The notes beneath the pieces are model-generated. The model was not told where the DNA came from. It was given only the letters and a program-made list of their open reading frames with translations, and ran no database searches. Below, one piece after another: positions 56,240 through 64,000 of a stretch of 64,000 nt of DNA. The translations under genes and the position numbers were made by a program. The stretch is from a virus, in the IMG/VR virus record IMGVR_UViG_3300043411_000704, positions 1-64,000 of that record, one strand, 5' to 3'. Position 1 is the stretch's first letter; each line of letters opens with the position of its first letter.

Positions 56240-57587
56240 AATAGACCTAGATTTTTTCGAAAAAATTCTATTTCAACAAATCTTAAAGAAGGATAATACG
56301 TTCCTTGCTGCATGTGTTGATCATCTGGATAAAGAGTTGTTTAAAAATAAAGATATTGGTGTAATAGTCGGTATCATCAAAGATTTTTATTTGGAACGCG
56401 ATGCGATTCCTACGCATACGGAATTAAAAGTTCGGATCAATGAGTCCAAGGTGAGAGACCACTTAGAAAAAGCGGTTAAAGAAATACGAGACCTTGATAA
56501 GGAATATGATGAAGATGAATTGATTGCTAATACCGAATACTTTCTAAAACAACGTAAAACCGAATTAGTTTTAACCAAGGCAGTTGAAGAAAAGGTTGCA
56601 AACAAAGCGGTTGATCTAGATGAATATCAGAAAGAAAATGAGAAAATTAGTAATATCTGTCTGATAGACAACCTGGGGTTGGACTACTTCGGAGACAATC
56701 ATCGTGTGGTTTCATATCTGGAAGAAGTTGACACTTTGATTTCTACAGGTTTTAAGGGATTAGACAATGCAATTGGTGGTGGATTGATGGCTGAAGGCAG
56801 GGCACTATATTGTATTTCAGGTGAAACAAATGCCGGTAAAAGTGTCGTGTTAGCTAATATTGCGGTAAACCTATTACTACAAAATAAAAATGTAGTGCTG
56901 TATACGCTTGAAATGAGTGAGAAAAGGTATGCTAAGCGTATTTCTGGCATATTGACTGGTATTGCCATAGCATCACTAAAAGATAATATCAATTCCTACA
57001 AAGAATATATACGTGATTTTGTAGAAAAATATAGATCGAAGTTAATAATTAAAGAGTTTCCGACCAAAAGCATAACCGCAAAAAACATTTATGCTTATAC
57101 AATGAAGTTGATGAGGCACAAAAAATGTAGATTTGATGTAATGCTATTTGATTATCATACATTGCTTAAACCAAGCCTTAAACAACCTAGCAAACACGAC
57201 GAATTACAATTTATTACACAAGAATGTCGGGGTCTCACATATACCCTTGAATGTCCGGGTATAACAGTTGCTCAGCTTAATAGAGGATCACATAAACAGC
57301 AAAAACCTGGATTAGACAATGCTGCCGGTTCATGGAACCAGATTTCGGATTTTGATGCATGGGTTACGTTAGCCCAAACAGACGAAGATAGAGAAGCAAA
57401 TATTTTACGATTCTATGGTGACAAATGTCGCGACGGAATGAAAGGAAATACTGGAATATTCAATGTTGATTATAATACTTTAAGATTGACTGATCCAGAC
57501 AATATGATTGTTGAATCCATACACACTATAAATGAAATAGACAGTGATACAATTTCCGAAATTGATTTACTGGATTACACGGACTGA
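56232..57587 (+). CDS. Replicative helicase (T4 gp41/DnaB-like)
   Basis: GLDYF, GETNAGKS, TLEMSE, IKEFPT, DY, AQLNR. Confidence 0.95.
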   Translation: MSKIDLDFFEKILFQQILKKDNTFLAACVDHLDKELFKNKDIGVIVGIIKDFYLERDAIPTHTELKVRINESKVRDHLEKAVKEIRDLDKEYDEDELIANTEYFLKQRKTELVLTKAVEEKVANKAVDLDEYQKENEKISNICLIDNLGLDYFGDNHRVVSYLEEVDTLISTGFKGLDNAIGGGLMAEGRALYCISGETNAGKSVVLANIAVNLLLQNKNVVLYTLEMSEKRYAKRISGILTGIAIASLKDNINSYKEYIRDFVEKYRSKLIIKEFPTKSITAKNIYAYTMKLMRHKKCRFDVMLFDYHTLLKPSLKQPSKHDELQFITQECRGLTYTLECPGITVAQLNRGSHKQQKPGLDNAAGSWNQISDFDAWVTLAQTDEDREANILRFYGDKCRDGMKGNTGIFNVDYNTLRLTDPDNMIVESIHTINEIDSDTISEIDLLDYTD

Positions 57588-57892
57588 ACAATTTAGATTC
57601 AAATATTGAACTTGGGACGAATAAACAGAATCAATTAGATATTCCAAGAGAAAAAAGAATGGAACTTTCGATGAAAATGCGAAATCGTAAACGTTCTCCA
57701 CAAGAAGAAGAAAATTATAGAAAAGCTGTTAGAGAAAAATTATGCAAATATAAAGAAGAACATGTATACGAAATGCGTCGATTATATGCAGAAGGGCTAT
57801 GTTATGAACATATATCAAGAAAAATGGGAATTCCTGGTGGGATAATACGAAATATAATTTTGCGTAAAACATACAATCACATTCCACTATAA
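57587..57892 (+). pseudogene. Truncated HNH endonuclease remnant with C-terminal HTH
   Basis: In frame upstream of ATG 57659: NNLDSNIELGTNKQNQLD; N-terminal half missing. Confidence 0.6.
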
Positions 57893-57934
57893 AATTCTAA
57901 TTGAATTGAGAACATCACATCGTAAATATTTCGA

Positions 57935-58228
57935 ATGATAGTCATCAATGATTCATATACTCATCCATCCGCAGCAGAAATCATAAACCAAGAAGAACTT
58001 GAAAAGACGGTCAATACATTTGGAAGTTTTTTTACTATGGTAACTAACAAACCAATTTCATGTGTGACTTTTTTTCTTCTACTGAACCAAAATCCTGAAA
58101 TTAGATCTTGCATAGAACGCATTGCTGATGTATCATGGTATGAACTGGTTAATTATCTGGCAAAACGCTATCCAGTTTTAAATAAATCCAAAAAAATCAA
58201 ATACGAGCATGATTTATCAGAATTTTAA
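57935..58228 (+). CDS. Hypothetical late protein
   Basis: TAAATA at 57923-28. Confidence 0.7.
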   Translation: MIVINDSYTHPSAAEIINQEELEKTVNTFGSFFTMVTNKPISCVTFFLLLNQNPEIRSCIERIADVSWYELVNYLAKRYPVLNKSKKIKYEHDLSEF

Positions 58229-58655
58229 CTTTGACCAGTGGTTGGCTGAATACTACCTAACATATTTGTTCTTTTCACATAAAGAACCTGATGTTGATCT
58301 GATGGAATCCGAGTTTTCTAATTTAGAGGAGATGAGAGAACTGTTCTATGCACAACATCACAATGAAAATGATGATATATGGTGTGGGTGTTGTCAATAT
58401 CTAAATATTTTGACAGGGTTTAATGAACTATGTGCTGTCATATCCCAAAAAGAATGGAAGACAGAGGATGTGGTTGCCCATTTTTTGAAAAAACGATATC
58501 CTTCACATAAAAGAAGTAAAAGCATTGCACATGCACTTACAAAAGGTATCAAATCTTATATTTCAGTTGATGAAAACGGAAACGAGTTCGAATTTCAAAA
58601 GTATATGGTGAAAAATATTGAAAAGTTTTTAACAGAATTGGGAGTAAAACAATGA
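58209..58655 (+). CDS. Hypothetical protein, partial paralog of 57935-58228
   Basis: FLKKRYPSHKRSKSI vs YLAKRYPVLNKSKKI. Confidence 0.65.
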   Translation: MIYQNFNFDQWLAEYYLTYLFFSHKEPDVDLMESEFSNLEEMRELFYAQHHNENDDIWCGCCQYLNILTGFNELCAVISQKEWKTEDVVAHFLKKRYPSHKRSKSIAHALTKGIKSYISVDENGNEFEFQKYMVKNIEKFLTELGVKQ

Positions 58656-58846
58656 AATTTATATACAAATGGATATCAGGACTAGAGTGGTTCACTACTG
58701 GAACAATATTAATTAGATGTGGGAACCATATAGCAAAAATGGATCAATATCCTGATCTAATGCACCACGCATCAAATCTAACCCAGGCAACAACACATGC
58801 AATTTGTGCATATCTATTGTGGTATGCAAGTGATAGAATAAAGTGA
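58652..58846 (+). CDS. Hypothetical protein
   Basis: Coupled ORF. Confidence 0.5.
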   Translation: MKFIYKWISGLEWFTTGTILIRCGNHIAKMDQYPDLMHHASNLTQATTHAICAYLLWYASDRIK

Positions 58847-59502
58847 TAACCGAAACACAACAACAGATATATAATTTTTATCTTCGTTCTCTAGCAGAAG
58901 GATCGGCTCGACCTTATAAAGTTCGAAAAAATTTCGATAATATCAAACCCGAATATGTGGTAGAATTAGAAAAATTAGAAACATTTTTCAACAAATACCC
59001 ACATTTATTACGATACGAATTTTTTGTTGCGCCCTACAAGTTATACACTGATGACAAGAAATTTTATTCTCTAAAATTTTATTCTAGTTATAAAGGTATG
59101 TCAACGTGTATTGCATACTTCAAATCATTAAAAGAATCCGCACCAGATGAGCAACTGGACTATCTCAAAGAATCACTTAAATTTATAACCAATTTTTGTG
59201 TTGAGAAACAGATTGAACTGGATGCATATCCTTCTTACCGATCCATAGCACAATATGATTTTATTATACATTTGAAACAACATAAAGTATCTTTCTATGC
59301 CATATTTGCACTTCCTAATACATATTATTGTTTGCTTAATTTACCTATTGATGAGTTTCAGTTGTATTTTGGCACTGATGTCAATCTGGATGATATGCAC
59401 AATCGTTATCATTCTAGTAGAGAAGCTAAAAAGTGGTTGGAAGAGAATGTGCAGAAAATTCGCAAATACATCACAAATAAGTTGAAATCAAAATCTGAAT
59501 AG
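58843..59502 (+). CDS. Hypothetical protein, possible gp59-like helicase loader
   Basis: 219 aa, helical, between gp41 and gp32; function from size and position only. Confidence 0.45.
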   Translation: MITETQQQIYNFYLRSLAEGSARPYKVRKNFDNIKPEYVVELEKLETFFNKYPHLLRYEFFVAPYKLYTDDKKFYSLKFYSSYKGMSTCIAYFKSLKESAPDEQLDYLKESLKFITNFCVEKQIELDAYPSYRSIAQYDFIIHLKQHKVSFYAIFALPNTYYCLLNLPIDEFQLYFGTDVNLDDMHNRYHSSREAKKWLEENVQKIRKYITNKLKSKSE

Positions 59503-59516
59503 ACGAATATGAACAT

Positions 59517-59911
59517 ATGCATAGAGAATTAAAATTTAGAGTTTGGTCTAAAAAATTGAATAGGTATGTAATGGAAGATTGTGATCTGTGTAATTGGGAC
59601 CATGAAATCGGTGATGCTCCTATTAATTCATATGGACCTGGATTATATGACGAATGTATTATTGAGCAATATACGGGTCTGAAGGATAGAAATGGGATAG
59701 AAATGGGAAAGAAATCTATGAAGGTGACATTCTTGAATATTCATGGTCATGTCCTATAATGACTTCAAACTCTGGAAAAGTAATTGGAGAAACCGTCTAT
59801 ATTGACGGACGATATTGTATCAATCAATCATATGTATTAGGGAATTATACAGATTCTACGTTTGAAGTGATTGGAAATGTCCATGAAAATCCTGAACTAC
59901 TAATTAAATGA
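59517..59911 (+). pseudogene. YopX-family gene frameshifted by an 11-bp tandem duplication
   Basis: ggatagaaatg duplicated at 59684-59705; removing one copy restores DRNGKEIYEGDIL...EVIGNVHENPELLIK*. Confidence 0.85.
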
Positions 59912-60099
59912 CGCACAAACTTAAAGAACAGATTAGACGTTGGTTGCACTGTAGCGGTAATTATGCACGTCCAAATCATTCGGACAGTATTATGACTTAT
60001 AATCATATTTGTAATCATAATGATGGTCATATGTGTCAATGTAGAGTTGAAAAATTGATTGAATCAATAGAAGAATTTGAGAATTCCTCAGATAAATAG
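59908..60099 (+). CDS. Hypothetical protein
   Basis: ATGA-coupled to the YopX stop. Confidence 0.55.
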   Translation: MTHKLKEQIRRWLHCSGNYARPNHSDSIMTYNHICNHNDGHMCQCRVEKLIESIEEFENSSDK

Positions 60100-60167
60100 A
60101 ATTTTGATATCAAATGAGTAGTTTGATATCATTTAAAAACAAACAAACAAACAAAAATAAAAAATAT

Positions 60168-61091
60168 ATGTTAAACCTAGATGATATCCTGAATAAAGTA
60201 AAAGAAGATAGAGAAAAAGATGTGGTAATGGCAACCTCATCGAATTATAAAGCACCCGAAGAATTGTTTAAACCAAAAGCAGGAAATACATATTATTTCC
60301 GATTTCTACCAGAACATCCAGAAACCGTGAAGGATTGGCGAGCACGTCGTTCTTATGCAGAACACAGTTTCAATTCAAGAACTACCGGGCAATTCATTTT
60401 TCTTGGTCGGTCATTGACAGATTCACTGTCTGATCAGACGGTTAAAAATGACCCAGTTAAAATTGCTCAGATTGAGACGTATACAAAAGCTAAGAAGGAA
60501 AAGGATCAGGAATTGCACGATGTGGCAAAAAACCTGTTTCCTCGTCGTAAAGAACTTATGAATATCTATGTTCACAAGGTTGATGGTCCAGACCAAGAAG
60601 TTGTTGGAAAGGTATTGGTTTGGAAGTATAATGCGACTCTTGGAAAAGAGGGTGAACCCAAGGGCGATATTTATCCTATCATTGTCGAGGCCCTGACCGG
60701 TAGTAAACAAAAGAACATTGGTTCTAAGGCATTTGACTTGTCTGAAAACGGTCGTTCATTTGCACTCAAGGTGTCGGTTGCAAAGCTCCCTAATGGGACA
60801 GAAATCCCTAATTTTAAGGGTTCTGCATTTGAAGATGCTGAAGATATTGGATTGAATAAGAAACAGATTGATGCGATTCAAAAACAATCATATGATTTGT
60901 CCAAATACATTCCAGAAGTCAAACCAACGGATGAAGTTAAGAAACTACTTGACGAACATTGGTTTGGTCTGGTTGCAAGTCCAGAAGATGAAATTGAGCC
61001 ACAGAATGTTAAGTCTGATTTGAAAGATGATGACGATGAGATTCCAATGGGTGACGATGATGCAGACCTAGATGCATTGTTAAATCAATAA
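60168..61091 (+). CDS. Single-stranded DNA-binding protein (T4 gp32-like)
   Basis: FRFLP, HSF, NIYV, GKV.VWKY, FDL..G..F.LKV, acidic tail DADLDALL. Confidence 0.9.
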   Translation: MLNLDDILNKVKEDREKDVVMATSSNYKAPEELFKPKAGNTYYFRFLPEHPETVKDWRARRSYAEHSFNSRTTGQFIFLGRSLTDSLSDQTVKNDPVKIAQIETYTKAKKEKDQELHDVAKNLFPRRKELMNIYVHKVDGPDQEVVGKVLVWKYNATLGKEGEPKGDIYPIIVEALTGSKQKNIGSKAFDLSENGRSFALKVSVAKLPNGTEIPNFKGSAFEDAEDIGLNKKQIDAIQKQSYDLSKYIPEVKPTDEVKKLLDEHWFGLVASPEDEIEPQNVKSDLKDDDDEIPMGDDDADLDALLNQ

Positions 61092-61129
61092 AAATTGAAA
61101 CTCCTGTGTTAGCCGCTAAATAAAAAACA

Positions 61130-61747
61130 ATGAATCCTGATGAATTTGAAGATTTGAAATTAGCGGCTAACATGGCCAACAATGCCAAGGGTTATTTCCG
61201 TGAAAGATTTGCTGGAAATGACCCTAGATATCTTGCCAATATTTTACCTGATCCTAAAATACAGGTGGACCCTAGAAAAATCATTGCACGAGATTGGAGG
61301 CAGTCGGTTGAACAAGTTCAACAACTACCTCAGTTTCAACCACAAGCACCCCAACAGGTCATTCCATACGGAATGAACATACCAGATCCTAATCAAATTG
61401 GATCAAAACCGTTGATTCAACGGATTCCCAAGGGAATGGACGAACATGGGAATACTATTTACGAAGAAGTTAGCCCGACCCAAATTTTAGGTATTCCTAA
61501 TCAACAACCGGTTTATCAACAACCACCAAATTTTCAATCTACGGGTTTTCAACTTCCACAATTTGGAACACCAAAACAAGTGGAAACTAAACCTACTATG
61601 GATATTGAAGAAAAATTTGACTGGCTGGTAAAAGAGATCAAATCACTTAGATCTTCGATAAATAAGTTGACACGGCAGTTATCACCTGTTAAATTAAAGG
61701 ACAAACCATCAACATCAGACTCTCTTGAGACTACAGATCAATCCTAA
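61130..61747 (+). CDS. Gln/Pro-rich hypothetical protein
   Basis: TAAATA at 61117-22; C-terminal coiled coil. Confidence 0.7.
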   Translation: MNPDEFEDLKLAANMANNAKGYFRERFAGNDPRYLANILPDPKIQVDPRKIIARDWRQSVEQVQQLPQFQPQAPQQVIPYGMNIPDPNQIGSKPLIQRIPKGMDEHGNTIYEEVSPTQILGIPNQQPVYQQPPNFQSTGFQLPQFGTPKQVETKPTMDIEEKFDWLVKEIKSLRSSINKLTRQLSPVKLKDKPSTSDSLETTDQS

Positions 61748-62447
61748 AACATTCCAAACAGACTTTATTAAACCTTTTCTGGAGGTTAATAAAAACGGAA
61801 GGTGTGCTATTCAAACCGAAGATGATTATGTCTTTTCTAATCAACGGACAGAAGATGGCCAGACTGGTATTCATGTTCGGTATCAAACAAAGTTTCTTGA
61901 GCCGTTACCAAGATTTAATATTGACCTAACTCAATTAGAAGCGGCTCTTAAATGTGTGGCAGATAAAGAACTAGTTGAATTAGAAATAACTAAACAATCT
62001 ATTTCATATGCAGATGAAAAGATTAAGTTCAAGATCAGAACTATAGAAGATGTGATGGTTCCGTTGTTCAAGTTTGATCATAAAAAACATGCGGATATTC
62101 CAGGGTTTTTAGTTTTTGATTTGCCCCCAAAAATAACGATTGACATTAAAAAAGCAATGGACTTTGCATCAACCAGTTTAAAGTTCTATCTTTATTCGGA
62201 TGATAAAAAATTGTTTATCCACTTTGGCGATAAAAAACAAAAACATTTGAATAATGTGGACATCCTTATTAAAGATAATTTGGACAAAGATGTGGAAGAA
62301 CGAATCTATAATGTGGCGTTCATGCGATTGATTTTATCACAGAAAAATCTGATGTCTCTAAAATTAGAAGAATCAGGTGTATTACAAGCATCATCCGTAG
62401 ACGGCCCTAATAAGGTAATTTACCGAACAGCAAAACTAAAAGACTAA
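61725..62447 (+). CDS. Sliding clamp (T4 gp45-like)
   Basis: 240 aa, two-domain alpha/beta periodicity, FNI.L..L..AL, in replication module. Confidence 0.6.
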   Translation: MRLQINPKTFQTDFIKPFLEVNKNGRCAIQTEDDYVFSNQRTEDGQTGIHVRYQTKFLEPLPRFNIDLTQLEAALKCVADKELVELEITKQSISYADEKIKFKIRTIEDVMVPLFKFDHKKHADIPGFLVFDLPPKITIDIKKAMDFASTSLKFYLYSDDKKLFIHFGDKKQKHLNNVDILIKDNLDKDVEERIYNVAFMRLILSQKNLMSLKLEESGVLQASSVDGPNKVIYRTAKLKD

Positions 62448-62746
62448 TGAGAATATATAATAATACCTTATCAATTGAAGATTTTAAGAAAAATCTTTCT
62501 AATGTGGATGTAAAAGTAGTAGAATCAGGGTTCTACTATAACCGAGCCGACAGCCGATGCTGGACACTCAGGTTGAATCCTGACACCGACAATATTTGGG
62601 TCACGTATCATGTGAATAAAGAATATCTGGGAGATCAATCAGTAGATATTCTATCATCTGAAAAAACAATGATCGGGATTGAACCTGAATATGTTTATGA
62701 CATTATTGACGAGATTATTACAAATACTGACACACAAGAAGACTAA
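62447..62746 (+). CDS. Hypothetical protein
   Basis: Probable paralog of the next gene (Y...D.R.W/F). Confidence 0.65.
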   Translation: MRIYNNTLSIEDFKKNLSNVDVKVVESGFYYNRADSRCWTLRLNPDTDNIWVTYHVNKEYLGDQSVDILSSEKTMIGIEPEYVYDIIDEIITNTDTQED

Positions 62747-62748
62747 TT

Positions 62749-63132
62749 ATGGAAAAAACTAATAAAATTACTACAAAGTCATATTTCATTCATCGCATGA
62801 AGGATGCGGGGTATAATGTGGATAAACTGGAGAATGTGAAATATTCGAAAGAAGATAAACGATCATTTTCTATTATGGTGGATAAAGGTGGAATGGCAAT
62901 TTTGATCACAGTTTATAAAGATGAGATTGTAAATGGTAATAGACGTAATGGTAAAATTCAATTCTACGATGGTGGTCATAATTATAATTCACATCTGCCG
63001 CTTAGAACCGACTCAATGGAGGTCATTTGGGAAACCATGCACTATGCAGGTTCCACCAATAAACATTGGGAATATAATGCTAGAAAACCAATTTATAATA
63101 CTGACGGAACTTACATTCAATTCGATAAATAA
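62749..63132 (+). CDS. Hypothetical protein
   Basis: NKITT.SYFI.R.KD.GY, D.R.FSI. Confidence 0.7.
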   Translation: MEKTNKITTKSYFIHRMKDAGYNVDKLENVKYSKEDKRSFSIMVDKGGMAILITVYKDEIVNGNRRNGKIQFYDGGHNYNSHLPLRTDSMEVIWETMHYAGSTNKHWEYNARKPIYNTDGTYIQFDK

Positions 63133-63474
63133 ATGATCATGGGAACAAAACGGAAAGATGCGATCTCCAAAAAAGAGATGAATCATATTGATGCTGAATT
63201 AGAAAAAGTTGGTAGCATCACTGTTCCTCGTCAAAAGGGAAAGGCTCTTAAACAAGAGGATAAGAATAAAAGGCTTTTGGCCGCAAAACAAATACTATCC
63301 GAATATATTGGTGCCTTTATTCTGATTGGTTATGATTTGGAAGAAGACCCTGTGGTTATGCTCAATGCTGAAACTGTTTATCAACAAAAAGCCGTATTGG
63401 GTTTAATGGCTGATGTGGCAGATGATATTCTTGGTGATGGTCCTAGTATGATAAATGGTAGCGGATTCGACTAA
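63133..63474 (+). CDS. Hypothetical protein
   Basis: LSEY...FILIGYD..E.PV pattern. Confidence 0.7.
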   Translation: MIMGTKRKDAISKKEMNHIDAELEKVGSITVPRQKGKALKQEDKNKRLLAAKQILSEYIGAFILIGYDLEEDPVVMLNAETVYQQKAVLGLMADVADDILGDGPSMINGSGFD

Positions 63475-63483
63475 ATAGTTTTG

Positions 63484-64000
63484 ATGGTCCTACCATTAGA
63501 AACTTGTAAAAAAATCTGGAGCATCGTCAACTGCATTGAGACTGGAACATCATTTTTTGATTATTCACAGATAACTATTTTACCTGATGGGCCAAATAAA
63601 ATCCGACAATTGACCCTCAGTGTGGGCTTTACGCAGTCGTCTACTAATTTAGAAAAAGTAATAAGATTATATCTTGATAAGAAAGGCAAGTATTCTAATA
63701 GATTTGCCCCATATTTAAAACGTATTTCCACTGATTTTAGTTTGGTTAATGATAAAAATTTTATTGATGCACTAGTCACATCATCAAAAAATGATCAGCT
63801 AATGCGTGATGCACAGGACGAAATATTTGATCAAGTGTATTTTGGTCCGGCACTAAAGTGGTGTGAAAAAGAAGGTATTAAAACTCCTTTGGGTATATTA
63901 GTGGTTTATGATTCGCTGCTCCACTCGGGACAGATATTCACATTTCTCCGTAATAAATTTTCAGAAAGAACGCCTACACATGGCGGTGATGAAAAAAAAT
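63484..64000 (+). CDS. GH46 chitosanase-like protein / putative lysin (3'-truncated, not in ORF track)
   Basis: Translation MVLPLETCKKIWSIVNCIETG...DYSQITILPDG...GFTQ...AQDEIFDQVYFGPA...LGILVVYDSLLHSG; TAAATA at 63472-77. Confidence 0.8.
   Translation, partial: MVLPLETCKKIWSIVNCIETGTSFFDYSQITILPDGPNKIRQLTLSVGFTQSSTNLEKVIRLYLDKKGKYSNRFAPYLKRISTDFSLVNDKNFIDALVTSSKNDQLMRDAQDEIFDQVYFGPALKWCEKEGIKTPLGILVVYDSLLHSGQIFTFLRNKFSERTPTHGGDEKK

Noticed and set aside
5573-63779. Many short ORFs in the track that are antisense to or nested in longer genes (e.g. 7137-7607, 11002-11555, 30722-30928, 41813-42016, 49807-50253, 63561-63779)
   Set aside because: They overlap well-supported genes, have atypical composition and lack expression signals; treated as shadow ORFs
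172-64000. Stop-codon reassignment (TAG/TGA), as in some large phages
   Set aside because: Long core genes are uninterrupted in code 11, and TAA, TAG and TGA all end genes at sensible junctions

Overview
AT-rich 64 kb segment of a large T4-like (gp43/gp41/gp32/gp45/gp46/gp47/gp55/UvsWXY-encoding) dsDNA phage genome, standard genetic code, no tRNA or CRISPR seen. Genes run mostly on the minus strand from ~4 kb to 41.4 kb and on the plus strand from 41.9 kb to the end. The window starts in a mucin-like (APTTTI)n coding repeat followed by two glycosyltransferases. A ~9.5 kb, 14-gene glycosyl/methyltransferase island splits gp47 from gp46. Accessory genes include PhoH, PNK, a macrodomain, a vWA protein, Hsp20, Dda, RNase H, an Apyc1-like MBL hydrolase, a 2OG-Fe(II) oxygenase, a histone H1-like protein and a GH46 chitosanase-like lysin. 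Most notable: (i) a self-contained unit of consensus sigma70 promoter, 318-aa coiled-coil gene, ~250-nt structured RNA with hexamer repeats and terminator (35.7-37.0 kb); (ii) a ~260-nt multi-hairpin element at the strand switch beside RNase H; (iii) TAAATA late promoters 6-9 nt from start codons, implying leaderless late mRNAs; (iv) a shared N-terminal putative capsid-targeting peptide; (v) three single-gene cassettes flanked by direct repeats of gene ends; (vi) a gp55 with a ~140-aa insertion. All family calls come from motif recognition by eye; no database search was run.
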